Positions 35,926 through 45,840 of a stretch of DNA of 64,000 nucleotides are shown here, in pieces. Each line of letters starts with the position of its first letter. Within the stretch, counting starts at the first letter, position 1. The position numbers and the translations under genes were made by a program. The notes under the pieces are model-generated. The model searched no databases. It was not told the DNA's origin and saw nothing but the letters and a program-made list of their open reading frames with translations. Location: the IMG/VR virus record IMGVR_UViG_2934384730_000002, positions 23,867-87,866 of that record. One strand, 5' to 3'. The DNA comes from a virus. Taxonomy: Duplodnaviria > Caudoviricetes.

Positions 35926-37040
35926 GCGCTTGTCCGTTCAGGGGTGACCATGTCGGAGATCGGGGTGGGGTCGCCCCACAGCAGGAAGCCGAGGACGAGG
36001 GAGGCGGTGGGGATACGGGCGGCCCACGCGAGCGGGTAGAACCACCGCCGGGTCGCGACGTCGGCCGCGAGGACGCCGGCCGCGAGGGCGTAGCAGGTGA
36101 GGCAGTAGGTGCTGGTCCACGACGTCTGGGTGGTCTCCAGGTAGCGGAGGGCGTCGCTCACCCACTGGGGCCATCCGAAATGCCAGCCGACGGCGCCTGC
36201 GCTGCCGGAGTAGAGCAGCCACCAGAAATGTCTGGGGGTGGAGCGGAGGATGTCGAGGACGGAGCGGCGGTCCTCCTGGTGGAGGCCGGGGGCGGCGAAC
36301 GTGGGGCGGCGTCCGCTGCCCCACGAGGGCCAGAACCGTGCCGCTCCCCCTCCCCCGCTCGTGGCTGGGGCCTTCTTGGCGGCCGGGGCGGGGTCCTCGT
36401 CTCCCGCGTCGTCGCCGGCCGTGTCGTCGTCTCCCCCGCCGTTGCCTCCCGGGCCGGGCGTGGGCTCGGTGCCGGCGGGGGGCTCCACCCCGGCTTTGCG
36501 CTCCAGGCGCCCGGCGGTGCGCTGCCACCAGGGGAGGCCCGCCTCCGGGTCGCCCTCGGCGTCCTGGCCCTGCTCGTCGGCGTCGTCGTCCTGGTCGTCG
36601 TCCTCGGCGGCGGCGTCCGCTCCCCCGCCGCCGGACGCCTTCGCCGGGGCCTCGTCGTCCGGCTGGGGCTTGGTGAGGTCGATGTGGGCGCCGGTGCGCC
36701 AGTCCGGCAGCCGGTTCGCTCCGGCCGCCGGGGCGGCCTCGTCCTCGTCGCCCGGGCCCTCGTCACCCTTGTCGTCGTGGTCCTCGTCGGCGTCGGCCGG
36801 GGTGGGCGGAGACACGCCGGCCCTCTCCTCGATGCGCTCGGTGAGGCGGAGGAGGCGGGCGCGCCAGTCGGTCTCGGTCTCGTCGCCGCCCGGCTCGTCG
36901 CCTTGCCCCGCGCTGTTCGGCGCCGGGTCGGCGTCCGCGGTGGTGTCGGGGGCGGTGGGGTGGTCCGCGAGCGGGCCGACGCCGGCCGCGATGAGGAGCG
37001 ACCGGATACGGGCCTCGTCGGCCTCGGGGTGGGTGGTCAT
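35922..37040 (-). CDS. Acidic disordered protein with C-terminal TM segments
   Basis: D/E-rich N-terminus, Trp-rich TM C-terminus. Confidence 0.7.
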   Translation of the reverse strand: MTTHPEADEARIRSLLIAAGVGPLADHPTAPDTTADADPAPNSAGQGDEPGGDETETDWRARLLRLTERIEERAGVSPPTPADADEDHDDKGDEGPGDEDEAAPAAGANRLPDWRTGAHIDLTKPQPDDEAPAKASGGGGADAAAEDDDQDDDADEQGQDAEGDPEAGLPWWQRTAGRLERKAGVEPPAGTEPTPGPGGNGGGDDDTAGDDAGDEDPAPAAKKAPATSGGGGAARFWPSWGSGRRPTFAAPGLHQEDRRSVLDILRSTPRHFWWLLYSGSAGAVGWHFGWPQWVSDALRYLETTQTSWTSTYCLTCYALAAGVLAADVATRRWFYPLAWAARIPTASLVLGFLLWGDPTPISDMVTPERTSA

Positions 37041-37092
37041 GTGCCGTACTCCCGGCAGTCAAGGGGGGGCGGTGGAAGAGGAGGTGGGGTGG

Positions 37093-38205
37093 TCAGGAGG
37101 CGCGGCCCTCGATGCGGGACCGCAGCCGCCGCACGTCCTTACGGAGGTCGGGCTTGTCCCCGAACCGCTTCCGGACCTTGGCGGTGAGGTCGTCCAGGTC
37201 GATGCCCGGGGTCTCCGCGAGGACGGCTCGGATGAACGCCGTTTTGCCGACCGGGGGGCCGCCCACGGCGTGGAGCGGTGCCGCCGGCGCCGACTGGGCC
37301 TCGGGCGCCGGGGGAACCGGGGCCGGGGGCGGGGGGACTGCGGGGACGGCCGGGGACAGCGGGGCGGGGGCGACAGAGACAGGGGGCGACACCGGGGCGG
37401 CCGGAGCCAAGGGGACAGCGGGGACGGCCGGGGAGACAGGGGCGGCCGGAGCCGGGAGGGCCGGGGCGGCAGCCCGGTTGGAGACAGCCGGGGACAGCGG
37501 CGCCCCCGGCTCGCGCTCCACGTCGACCTCCGGAGCCTGCTGCCCGTACAGCAGTCCCTCGTACGCCTCCATCGCCGCCAGCTCTCGGCGCTCCCGGCTG
37601 ACCGCGAGCTTGACCGCGATCCGCCGGCGGCGGGTCAGGAGGTGGTGGGCCATGCCCGGGTCGAGCGGTACCGCGTAGTAGCCGAGGGCATTGATCCACA
37701 TGCCCTTCGCCAGGGCGGAGACGGCCGCGCCGACGAGCCCGGACGCCAGCTCGCCCTCTACGTGCCCGTGCACGCCGATCGCGACCATGGTCACGACGAG
37801 GGCGATGTAGCCGAGTCGGCGGGGGATCTTGGCCCGCTCGGGGTCGCGGCGGTCCAGCCATTCCCGGGCCTGGCACGACAGCCATGCGATGTCGAAGATG
37901 ACCGCGGCGCCGTACGCGGCGAAGGCGTCCGCCTTCCGGTCGAGGAGGCTGCCGATGCTGTCGGTGGACCACACCAGGGACAGCGCCGTCACCAGGAGAG
38001 CACCGCCGATGAGGCCGCGGACCAGCACGAGGTCCCAGTCCCTCGGCGGGGCCGGCACGCGCACGGTCCGCTCTACCTCGCGGTAGGTCGTCTCCCCGTC
38101 CAGCGTGGTCGCCTCCAGGTCGACAACCTTCCGCTTGACGTAGCGCACGCCCGGGAGGTCCATGGGCGGAACGCCCTGCTGGTGCTGGTGGTGGTCGGTG
38201 CTCAC
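37093..38205 (-). CDS. Plasmid spread (SpdB/DUF2637-like) 4-TM protein with C-terminal HTH
   Basis: WSTDSIG...AYGAAVIFDIAW TM bundle, coiled coil, Pro/Ala linker, basic C-terminal helix domain. Confidence 0.55.
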   Translation of the reverse strand: MSTDHHQHQQGVPPMDLPGVRYVKRKVVDLEATTLDGETTYREVERTVRVPAPPRDWDLVLVRGLIGGALLVTALSLVWSTDSIGSLLDRKADAFAAYGAAVIFDIAWLSCQAREWLDRRDPERAKIPRRLGYIALVVTMVAIGVHGHVEGELASGLVGAAVSALAKGMWINALGYYAVPLDPGMAHHLLTRRRRIAVKLAVSRERRELAAMEAYEGLLYGQQAPEVDVEREPGAPLSPAVSNRAAAPALPAPAAPVSPAVPAVPLAPAAPVSPPVSVAPAPLSPAVPAVPPPPAPVPPAPEAQSAPAAPLHAVGGPPVGKTAFIRAVLAETPGIDLDDLTAKVRKRFGDKPDLRKDVRRLRSRIEGRAS

Positions 38206-38279
38206 GGTCTGCCTCTCCTGTTCAGGCCGCGTCAGGACCGGACCCGCGTGCACGGGCCCGGTCCTGACGGGGTTGGGGG

Positions 38280-38468
38280 TCAGCCGAGGCGGGGCAGGCC
38301 GCGCTTGTGGCGGCGCATGCGTGCCTCGGTCTCCTGCTCGCGCTTCCGCGCCTTGTCGGCGTCGGCCTGGCGCTGCCGCTCCTGCGCACTCGCGCGGAGC
38401 TGGTCGGCCAACGCGTGGTCGTCGCCGGGCTTGAGGGAGCGGAAGAAGTCACGGGTACGACTGGCCAT
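38280..38468 (-). CDS. Small hypothetical protein
   Basis: Coupled ORF. Confidence 0.5.
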   Translation of the reverse strand: MASRTRDFFRSLKPGDDHALADQLRASAQERQRQADADKARKREQETEARMRRHKRGLPRLG

Positions 38469-38571
38469 CACGCACCCCGCTTCCGGCTGGTGGTGGACGA
38501 CTGGTACGAGCTGCCGCACTTGCCGCAGACCAGGACGCCGTTCTCGTTGCGCATCTCGCGCCCGCAGCACT

Positions 38572-38751
38572 TCACCGCGAACCACGCCCCTTCGGGGCCT
38601 CGGCCGCGGCCTTGGCGTGCCACCGGGTGTTCTCCTGCTGCACGGCGGCGTCCTCGGCCCGGGCCGCGCGCTCGGCCGCGGTGCCCCGGTCCTGCTGGCA
38701 CGCCTCCACCGTCGCGGGCTCGGCGAAGATCTTGTTCGGCTTGAGCTTCAC
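38572..38751 (-). CDS. Small hypothetical protein
   Basis: GTGA-coupled. Confidence 0.5.
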   Translation of the reverse strand: MKLKPNKIFAEPATVEACQQDRGTAAERAARAEDAAVQQENTRWHAKAAAEAPKGRGSR

Positions 38752-39155
38752 TGGCTGGCCCTCCCAGTGCTCGGGCGCGGCCGGGGGATGCCCGGGTTGA
38801 CGGGCTTGTCGTCGTCCGGGCCCCAGCCGTACGCCGCGGCGGTGTGCTCCAGCCGGGCCGCGTACCGGCCGCGGGTGCCGGAGAGGTCCGCCTCGGGGAG
38901 CGCGTCCACCACGGCCTTCGAGAGGGCCTTGCCGCTGCTGCGGCAGGTGCGCCCACGGAGGTTGTAGACGGTCCCGGCGGTGCACGCCTGGACGGAGAGG
39001 GGAGTGATGCGGTCCCCCGGCCGATGGCTGGCGAAGTGGCCGGCCATCGCGGCCAGCACCTCCCCGACCTCGCTCCGGGAGGCCACGGCCGCGGCGGCGC
39101 GCTGGGCGCCCCCGGCCGTAGAGGTCACGGGGACACGCCCCGTAAAGTGCTGCAT
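38748..39155 (-). CDS. Hypothetical protein
   Basis: AGGAG RBS. Confidence 0.55.
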   Translation of the reverse strand: MQHFTGRVPVTSTAGGAQRAAAAVASRSEVGEVLAAMAGHFASHRPGDRITPLSVQACTAGTVYNLRGRTCRSSGKALSKAVVDALPEADLSGTRGRYAARLEHTAAAYGWGPDDDKPVNPGIPRPRPSTGRASQ

Positions 39156-39373
39156 TGCGTCATCTCCTGTTAGTGGCAGGGGGTGGCGGCCCGGACCTCG
39201 TGTGCGACCACGAGCCGGGGTTGAGGCGGTGCCCGGTATGCGACTACCGGGCACCGCCGCTTTTTCAGCAGCCCCGACCACCGTGTGCGACCACAGCGGC
39301 CGGGGCTTCGTGCTGAGATTGCGAGACTAGCGCGGCGTTTGCGCTAACGCAAATAAGTTGGAAGGATGGCGGC

Positions 39374-39655
39374 ATGTCTCACTCCCCCCAGGGGGCGGAG
39401 CGGCAGAAGGGCCAGCCCGATCTGGTGTCGATCCCGGCCATGCCGGACCGCCTGGTGGCGGCCGGCGTCAAGCGCGTGGGGGCACCCCGCATTCGGCAAC
39501 TTGTCGCGACCGACCCCGACTTCCCGGCGACGGTGTACGAGCACGGCCGGATTCGGCTGTGGAACTGGCCGGAGGTCCTGGCGTACTTCCGTGCGCGCGT
39601 CACCCGCCAAGGGGAGAGGACGGACCTGAACGAGAAACACCCCCCGGCGGAGTGA
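39374..39655 (+). CDS. Small AlpA/Xis-like DNA-binding protein
   Basis: RIRQLVATDPDFP...GRIRLWNWPEV. Confidence 0.65.
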   Translation: MSHSPQGAERQKGQPDLVSIPAMPDRLVAAGVKRVGAPRIRQLVATDPDFPATVYEHGRIRLWNWPEVLAYFRARVTRQGERTDLNEKHPPAE

Positions 39656-39804
39656 CGCCCCCGGGACGCCCTGAAAAGGAAGCGCTGTTGGGCACCCCCC
39701 CTTGCCCACTGCCGACCTCGTGCCGGACGTCCCGGGCGGACCGACCGTGGCGCCAGGGGGCCCGTACAGGCCTCCAGCATCGGACCCGCCCTGAGGTGAA
39801 CGTG

Positions 39805-39843
39805 CTTCGGCCCCCGCACCGGTGCGTAGTGCGGGGGCCGAAG
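39805..39843. terminator. Hairpin
   Basis: CTTCGGCCCCCGCAC...GTGCGGGGGCCGAAG. Confidence 0.65.
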
Positions 39844-39859
39844 TGGCGTGGAGGACGGA

Positions 39860-39952
39860 TCACTCCTTGCCGGTGCGTCGGTTGGCGTCTCTGACCTTGT
39901 CCTTGAGTTCCTTCCGCTCCTCCGGCTTGCTGAGGTCGTGCTCCACGGTCAT
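39860..39952 (-). CDS. 30-aa charged peptide (below ORF-track cutoff)
   Basis: GGAGG RBS; MTVEHDLSKPEERKELKDKVRDANRRTGKE; followed by a hairpin. Confidence 0.55.
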   Translation of the reverse strand: MTVEHDLSKPEERKELKDKVRDANRRTGKE

Positions 39953-40198
39953 GACTTCCTCCGATTCCACCCTGTGGGGGGTGCGACGTGGGGTCGGCGG
40001 TGGCTCTTCGCGGGTGTGCGACCACCCGGGCCGGTGCGGGGTGTTCGTGCGGGCGGTTAGTGGCCGGTCCGCGCGAACGCTGGATCCCCGTGGGCTTTCG
40101 AGGAGCCTCGGTGCGCTCTAAGGTGTACTAAGGCACCTTGGTGTGTCAAGCGGTGTCGCATCGGGCACTGTCAGTGATCAGAGAGAGGGGAGGCCGGG

Positions 40199-40924
40199 AT
40201 GGGCCAGGCTCTTCCGCCGTACCGGCGGATCGCGGAGAAGATCATCGCGGATATCGAGGCGGGGCGGCTGCGCCCTGGTGACCGTGCGCCGTCGGTGCGG
40301 GAGATCGAGCGGGCGGAGGGGGTGAGTTCGGCGACGGCGGCACGGGTGACGGCGGTGCTGCGTGACCGGGGGGTGGTGGACACGGTGCCCGGTATCGGCA
40401 CGATCGTGCGTGCCCCGAGCCCGGCGACGGCCGGCGCGGAGCGGCTGGCGCGGATGCTGTCGGCGCGGCCCTCGATCGGTGAGGGCGAGCGCGTCGAGCT
40501 CCTGGACGTCCGGCGCGAGGAAGCCGACCGGGCGGTGGCTGACGCACTGGGGGTCGAGGTCGGGACGGTGGTGACCCGGCGGCGCCGCCGGTACCTCGAC
40601 GTCGGCGGGGTGGTCGCGGTGTCCTCGACGTGGGTCACGGGCGCCCTGGCCGACCTGATGCCGGAGTACGAACAGCTGGCCCCGCTGCCGAAGATGACGT
40701 TCGGGCTCGTGGAGGAGCGGACGGGGCGGCGGGTGGCCCGGCGTCGGGATACCCATGAGGTGCGGCCGGTGCCGCTGGACGTCGCGGAGCACCTGGGCGT
40801 GGCCGCGGGGACGGAGGTGCTGGTGACGGTGAACCACTACTGGGACCACGACCACCAGCCGACGGAGTACGCGGTGGACTACCTGGCGCCTGGCCGGCGG
40901 CTCGTGGCCGAGAGCGACGTGTGA
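40199..40924 (+). CDS. GntR-family regulator with UTRA domain (KorSA/TraR-like)
   Basis: PPYRRIA..I...I..G.LRPGDR.PSVRE...GVS..T, PGIGT. Confidence 0.9.
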   Translation: MGQALPPYRRIAEKIIADIEAGRLRPGDRAPSVREIERAEGVSSATAARVTAVLRDRGVVDTVPGIGTIVRAPSPATAGAERLARMLSARPSIGEGERVELLDVRREEADRAVADALGVEVGTVVTRRRRRYLDVGGVVAVSSTWVTGALADLMPEYEQLAPLPKMTFGLVEERTGRRVARRRDTHEVRPVPLDVAEHLGVAAGTEVLVTVNHYWDHDHQPTEYAVDYLAPGRRLVAESDV

Positions 40925-40963
40925 GGTTGTACCGGCGGCGCGAGGCCGAGAGCTGAGGTAGAC

Positions 40964-40999
40964 GAACAGCCCCCCAACCGATCGGTTGGGGGGCTGTTC
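40964..40999. terminator. Perfect 36-bp palindrome followed by T-run
   Basis: GAACAGCCCCCCAACCGATCGGTTGGGGGGCTGTTC. Confidence 0.75.
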
Positions 41000-41230
41000 T
41001 TTGTGGAGCTACCGCCGGAGCGGCCCGGTCCGCGCCGAATTCCCCGGCCGACGCGGTTCCCGATGAGCGGTGCTGACGGTAGTGCCCGGGGATGATCAGA
41101 GTGGGCGGCCCGTGGCTGCCGTACGCCAGATCGGTGCGCCCCTCGTTCGGGGGGTGCGGCCGGGATTGCCCTTGGGGCCGGGGGCCGGGTCGCTAGCGTC
41201 GGCGCTTTGCACTGATCAGAGGAGGGCGCC

Positions 41231-41698
41231 ATGCGGAGTGTTGGGGTGTACGTGGGTGCGGTCGTGGCTGCGGCTGCGCTGGTGAGCGGCTGCGCGGGGT
41301 CGAGCGAGGACGCGGCCGATGGCCAGGGGGCGCCGTCGGCACCGGCGGGGTCGACGGCACCGGCGGAGGCCAAGGGCGGCGAGGAGGACGTGGCCGCGCG
41401 GGACGTCGGGCTGGGCAAGGCCGGGTTCCAGGATCACGACGTGTGGGGGTCGGGGGCGTACGTCACCCCCTACTCGATCACCAACCGCGGTGAAGAGGCG
41501 GCCTCGTACTTCGTGGGGCTGGAGTACCTGGACGCGGACGGGGACGTGCTGGGGTCCACCGGGGTGACGGCGGACAAGCTGGGGCCGGGGAAGACCTCGA
41601 AGGGCGACACGGCGCCCCTGGAGGCAGAGATTCGGAACGGGGAGCTGAAGGACATTCGGTCCGTGCGGGTGTCGACAGTGGAGCGCACGCCGGAGTAG
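41231..41698 (+). CDS. Lipoprotein with FxLYD-like domain
   Basis: LVSGC lipobox; LEYLDADGDVLG. Confidence 0.8.
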   Translation: MRSVGVYVGAVVAAAALVSGCAGSSEDAADGQGAPSAPAGSTAPAEAKGGEEDVAARDVGLGKAGFQDHDVWGSGAYVTPYSITNRGEEAASYFVGLEYLDADGDVLGSTGVTADKLGPGKTSKGDTAPLEAEIRNGELKDIRSVRVSTVERTPE

Positions 41699-41714
41699 GC
41701 AGGCGGACACCAGG

Positions 41715-41742
41715 AGGCCCCCTCGATGGGTCGAGGGGGCCT
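41715..41742. terminator. Hairpin after the lipoprotein gene
   Basis: AGGCCCCCTCGA-TGGG-TCGAGGGGGCCT followed by TT. Confidence 0.65.
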
Positions 41743-41957
41743 TTGTGCGGACCTTGGGCGGGTCGGTTACCCGTTGAGGAGGCATGGTGGAGATACGCGT
41801 AAAGCCCGCCGTTAGGTGACTCAGCGTGATGTACCAGTGGCTGAGTTCTCCTACGCTTCGCGATCTTGAGCCGGGTCCACTTCGTGCATCAGTCTGGAAT
41901 GCGTCGGCGCCCGCCCCGAGGTCGGATCGGGACGGGCGCCGACGTCGGTCGGGGCCG

Positions 41958-42341
41958 CTACTGGGCGCCGGTCGCGTTGAAGCGGGCTACCTCCTCCTCG
42001 TGCCGCTTCGCTGCCTCTGCGGACGCCGCTGCGAAGGTCTTGACTGCTGCTTGTACCGGGGTCGGGGTCTCGGGGTACGTCTCGTCGAGGTCCCGGATAC
42101 GCAGGGCGCGTACGTCATCGGGCAGGTCGTCCAGGCGGCGGAGCGCTTCGACCTCGGCGAGCTGGTACGCGGCGGTCGCCTCGGGGCGGGATACCGAGTG
42201 GTGGTTGAGGTAGATGCTCATCTCAAGGATGCGTCCGAGGGCACGCTTCGTGATCTGCCCTTCCTGCGCCTTGGTGTAGGTCGGCCACGACACTTTTGGT
42301 CCTCCTGGGTAGTGAGTTGCCTTGATCGATTGCGTGCCCAA
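41958..42341 (-). CDS. Hypothetical protein (start possibly GTG ~42293)
   Basis: AGGAGG RBS; lower GC. Confidence 0.5.
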   Translation of the reverse strand: MGTQSIKATHYPGGPKVSWPTYTKAQEGQITKRALGRILEMSIYLNHHSVSRPEATAAYQLAEVEALRRLDDLPDDVRALRIRDLDETYPETPTPVQAAVKTFAAASAEAAKRHEEEVARFNATGAQ

Positions 42342-42573
42342 CTACAGGCCGCACGAGAGCGTAGACAGGACTTGGACACGAGGCGAGGCGCGCTGCTCAC
42401 GGGGCTCCAGGGCGGTTGGAGGAGGTCGGTTCGGGCGCCTCGGCCGGGCCGGCGGGGGAGAAGTGGCGGGTGGGCATGGGCTGTCCTCTCGGGTGGGGTG
42501 ATGCGAGTTTGCCGTCATGGAGCGCCGGCCGTGGGTGCTTCCGGCGCGGTGCACCTGTACGTGTGGCGGGGGG

Positions 42574-43038
42574 TCAGTGGGTGCGGCGTCCGGAGGTGGC
42601 GATGGCGGCGGCGACGCCGATGCACGCTTTGTGCCACGCCTGATCGATGAGAGCGCTGGCGCCGGGGTCGCGCTGGAGCCACGTGCCCTTGCCGGTGGCG
42701 TGGGCGGCGCGGACGAGGAGCGGTGCGGTGGGGGTGTCGTCCGCCCAGTGGGTTGCGCAGCGGTCTGCGATGTAGTGGGTGGCGGCGGAGAGGCCGAGGC
42801 CGAGGAGGGCGCGGCGGGGGTTGAGGTCGAGGCGGAGGCCGCGGTGGGCGGCGAGGAGCGCGAGGGCCTGGGTGGCGGTGTAGGAGGCGACGTGGCGGGC
42901 GCAGGCGGCGCGGCCGGTGTGGCCGTGCTTGCCCTTGTCGCGGGCGTCGGCGTCCCGTTGGACGATGTAGTCCCCGGCTTCATGGGCGGCGGTGAGGGCG
43001 GCGTAGGCGGCGACGTAGGCGGCGGCGGTGCTGGGCAT
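42574..43038 (-). CDS. DUF3307-like membrane protein
   Basis: AHEAGDYIVQ, HVASY, HYIADR, DQAWH. Confidence 0.7.
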   Translation of the reverse strand: MPSTAAAYVAAYAALTAAHEAGDYIVQRDADARDKGKHGHTGRAACARHVASYTATQALALLAAHRGLRLDLNPRRALLGLGLSAATHYIADRCATHWADDTPTAPLLVRAAHATGKGTWLQRDPGASALIDQAWHKACIGVAAAIATSGRRTH

Positions 43039-43133
43039 TGGAGTCTCCTTGGAGGGCGGTGTGCTGGTGTTCGTGGTTGCGAAGCGGTGGCGGCCGGGGC
43101 GCCCTGTGGTGGGCACCGCGGCCGTGCGGTTCG

Positions 43134-43883
43134 TCACCCGGCGGGGCGGGGTGGGCTGGTGGCTTTCCGGTAGTGGGCGACGGTGCTGCGGTGGACGCCG
43201 AGGAGGCGGGAGATTGCGGCGTTGGTCTCGGTGCTGAGCAGAGCCCGGATTTCGTCGGCTCGGGGGTGTGAGCGGGTGGCCCTCGGGATGGGGGCTGGAC
43301 CGATGCCGGCGGCGCGGCGGTGGCGAGCGACGGTTTGCGGGTCGACGCCGGTGGCCCGGCTGATGGCGGCGTTTGTGTGCCCAGCGGCGAGAAGTTCGCG
43401 GATCTCCTCGGCGCGCGGGTGGCTGTAGGCGGTGCGGGCGGGGGGTCTGGCGGGGCCGTACAGCCTGCGGAGTCTGGCTACCTCGTTGCGGTCGGCGCCG
43501 ACGAGGGAGGCGATGCGCTTGTCTCCGGCCGTTGGGAGGAGCGCGCGGATCTCCTCGGCGCGTGGGTGTACGGGGGCCGGCGGCTGGGTGTAGGGCGGGA
43601 TGCCTGCGGCCCTGCGGTGTCTGGCAACCGTGGGGGTGGCCGCCCCGGTTGCGCGGCTGATCGCGGCATTGCTGAGGCCGTCGCGGAGTAGCTGCTCGAT
43701 CTCAGCTGCGCGGGGGTGGGTCCGCTTGCCCCAGGCCGAGCGGGGAATAGGGGGGATGCCCGCGAGGCGTCGGAGGTCGCGCACGGTGGCCCGGTCGAGG
43801 CCGAGTTGCGCGGCGATGCGCTGCGTGGTGTGTCCCTCGCGGGCGAGGGTGACTGCCTGCTCGATGACGTGCATGTCAGGCAT
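43134..43883 (-). CDS. Tandem HTH-repeat protein (5 units)
   Basis: HPRA.EI..LL...NAAISR..G....TVA.. repeats. Confidence 0.8.
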   Translation of the reverse strand: MPDMHVIEQAVTLAREGHTTQRIAAQLGLDRATVRDLRRLAGIPPIPRSAWGKRTHPRAAEIEQLLRDGLSNAAISRATGAATPTVARHRRAAGIPPYTQPPAPVHPRAEEIRALLPTAGDKRIASLVGADRNEVARLRRLYGPARPPARTAYSHPRAEEIRELLAAGHTNAAISRATGVDPQTVARHRRAAGIGPAPIPRATRSHPRADEIRALLSTETNAAISRLLGVHRSTVAHYRKATSPPRPAG

Positions 43884-44793
43884 CGGCTGCTCCACGGCCG
43901 TGCGGGCGGTGGTCCAGCTCGGCTCCGAGAAGGTCGAATGCCTCGGTGATGGCGGCGTGGACCTGGTCCCGGCGGACGGTGGCGGTGTAGGCGAAGCGGA
44001 CACCGCCGTCCCCCGTGCTGTCCCCGTCGTCGTCCTCGGGGGCGTGGCGGTCGGGGACGGCGGGGACAGTGCTGGTCAGGGCGGGTGCGGCGGTGTCCCC
44101 GGGAGGGGACGCCTGTGTCCGTCCACCGAGGTCGGGGGGCGTGTCCTCCCCGGTGTCCCTCGCCGGGGGGACGGGGTGTCTCCCGGCGGGGACGGGGTGT
44201 CCCTCGGTGGTGGCGTGGGAGTCGGTGGGGTTGGCGCGGGCGGGCACGCCAGCGGCGTCGAGGGCGGCGTGAACTGCTCGCCAGATCGAGGCGTTGCGCT
44301 GGGCGGTGTCCGAAGGGAGGCCGGGGCCGAGGCGGCGGATGTGGTTGTACACCGCTTCGTAGGCGGCCTGGCGGCACGGTGAAGGCGCGCCGGTCACGTC
44401 CTCGCGGGTGGGTCGGCGTTCGAGGAGGGTCGTTGCGGCGTCGGGGGTCGGGCAGCCGAGGGAGGAGCAGGTGATGTAGCCGCCGTTCGCGAGGAAGAGG
44501 GTGGCGCCGCCGCAGCTCGGGCAGCGGCCTTGAACATCCGGGTGGTACGGGCGGGTGCGGCGGGCGGTGAGGGCGGAGTGGGCCCGCTTCACGAGCATGG
44601 GCGGGACGGCCTGCTCCTCGGCCGCGCTCTCCGCGAGGTGCGCCAGGAGCGTGCGGAGGGAGTGGGCCAGGAGATCCAGGCGGCCCCGGGCGTGGCGCAG
44701 CGCGTCCTTGAGCTGTGCAGGGGCGCACTCGTGGCCGGGCTCGGTGGTGTCCCCGCACGTGAAGCACTGGTCAGTCGTGGTGGTGTCGGTCAT
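43876..44793 (-). CDS. Zn-binding hypothetical protein
   Basis: CFTC, CPSCG..LFLANGGYITCS..GC. Confidence 0.65.
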   Translation of the reverse strand: MTDTTTTDQCFTCGDTTEPGHECAPAQLKDALRHARGRLDLLAHSLRTLLAHLAESAAEEQAVPPMLVKRAHSALTARRTRPYHPDVQGRCPSCGGATLFLANGGYITCSSLGCPTPDAATTLLERRPTREDVTGAPSPCRQAAYEAVYNHIRRLGPGLPSDTAQRNASIWRAVHAALDAAGVPARANPTDSHATTEGHPVPAGRHPVPPARDTGEDTPPDLGGRTQASPPGDTAAPALTSTVPAVPDRHAPEDDDGDSTGDGGVRFAYTATVRRDQVHAAITEAFDLLGAELDHRPHGRGAADA

Positions 44794-45098
44794 GGCTTTC
44801 CTTCCGGGGTGGTGGCGGTCCAGGCGAAAGGGTTCTCGCCGCGGTCCTGGTCGCAGGTGAGGGCGACGAGGGCGGCGGCGTCCTCGTCGGCGGTGCCCGG
44901 CCGGGTCGGGACGGGCGGCCGCCGGGGGCCGGGCGCGGCCGAGAGGGCGGCTACGGCCGCGAGGGCGGCGGTGGCGTAGAGGGCGGTGGCGGTCGCCGGC
45001 GCTCCGCCGTGGTTGACGGTGATGGTGGCGGCGTGAGCGAGGTAGAGGCCGGCGGTGAGGTGCGCGGCGGCCAGTGCGTAGCCGAGGGGGCGGGTCAA
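44790..45098 (-). CDS. Small membrane protein
   Basis: TTGA-coupled, hydrophobic. Confidence 0.5.
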   Translation of the reverse strand: MTRPLGYALAAAHLTAGLYLAHAATITVNHGGAPATATALYATAALAAVAALSAAPGPRRPPVPTRPGTADEDAAALVALTCDQDRGENPFAWTATTPEGKP

Positions 45099-45376
45099 CG
45101 GGCCTCCTCGTCCTCGGGGCGGTATGGGGGCGGGACTTGCATGGCGGGGCTCCTGGGGGGCGGGGGGTCGTGGCGGTGGCGCCAGGCCCGGAGGGTGCGG
45201 CGCGGGTCGGTGATGAGCAGCAGCGCGGCGAGGACGAGCCGTTGGGGGCGGGTCGTCCACCGATCAAGGTGGAGGTGGGTTTCCCAGGCGACCCAGTCGC
45301 CGAGTCGGGCGTAGGGCTGCCAGCGGCCGAGCCCGTACCCGGCGAGGAGGGCCGCCAGGAGGTAGACGGTGGTCAC
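45095..45376 (-). CDS. Small membrane protein
   Basis: GTGA-coupled. Confidence 0.55.
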   Translation of the reverse strand: MTTVYLLAALLAGYGLGRWQPYARLGDWVAWETHLHLDRWTTRPQRLVLAALLLITDPRRTLRAWRHRHDPPPPRSPAMQVPPPYRPEDEEAR

Positions 45377-45840
45377 GGACGGTCCTCTCCGGCCTCGCGG
45401 GCCTCGCGCGCTAGTTGGGCGCTGGTCGTGACGGCCATGCCGTAGACGAGGCCGATGGCCTCGCCGAGGTCGGGGGCGCCGGTGCGTTCGCAGTGGTCCG
45501 CGAAGACGGTGAACAGATCGAGGGCGGCGTCAGGGTCACGGTTGGCCCAGGCCGTGACGTACTGGAACGCGAAGCGCGCCGGCGGCGGTAGCTCGTCGGC
45601 GGACGCGCTCTCCCCGGTGGTGATGTCGGCGACGTGCAGGCCGAAAGCGCCGGCGGTGCTGTCGCGTCGGGCGATGAACGTGGCGGCCTCGGCGAGGCTG
45701 CCGAGGACGGCGAACGTCTCGCGGCGGCCCCGGTCCACGAGGGGCTGGAGCATCATGGCGCCCCGGTCGAGGTCGCCTGCGACGCCGGCGGCGAGGGCAT
45801 CGCCGATCGTGCGTACCTCGTCGTTGAACTGCTCGGTCAT
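45373..45840 (-). CDS. Hypothetical protein
   Basis: GGAG RBS, codon bias. Confidence 0.65.
   Translation of the reverse strand: MTEQFNDEVRTIGDALAAGVAGDLDRGAMMLQPLVDRGRRETFAVLGSLAEAATFIARRDSTAGAFGLHVADITTGESASADELPPPARFAFQYVTAWANRDPDAALDLFTVFADHCERTGAPDLGEAIGLVYGMAVTTSAQLAREAREAGEDRP

Noticed and set aside
291-38967. Long plus-strand ORFs (e.g. 291-1817, 8073-10808, 18895-20766, 36238-38967)
   Set aside because: Antisense shadows of GC3-biased minus-strand genes; low-complexity translations without motifs.
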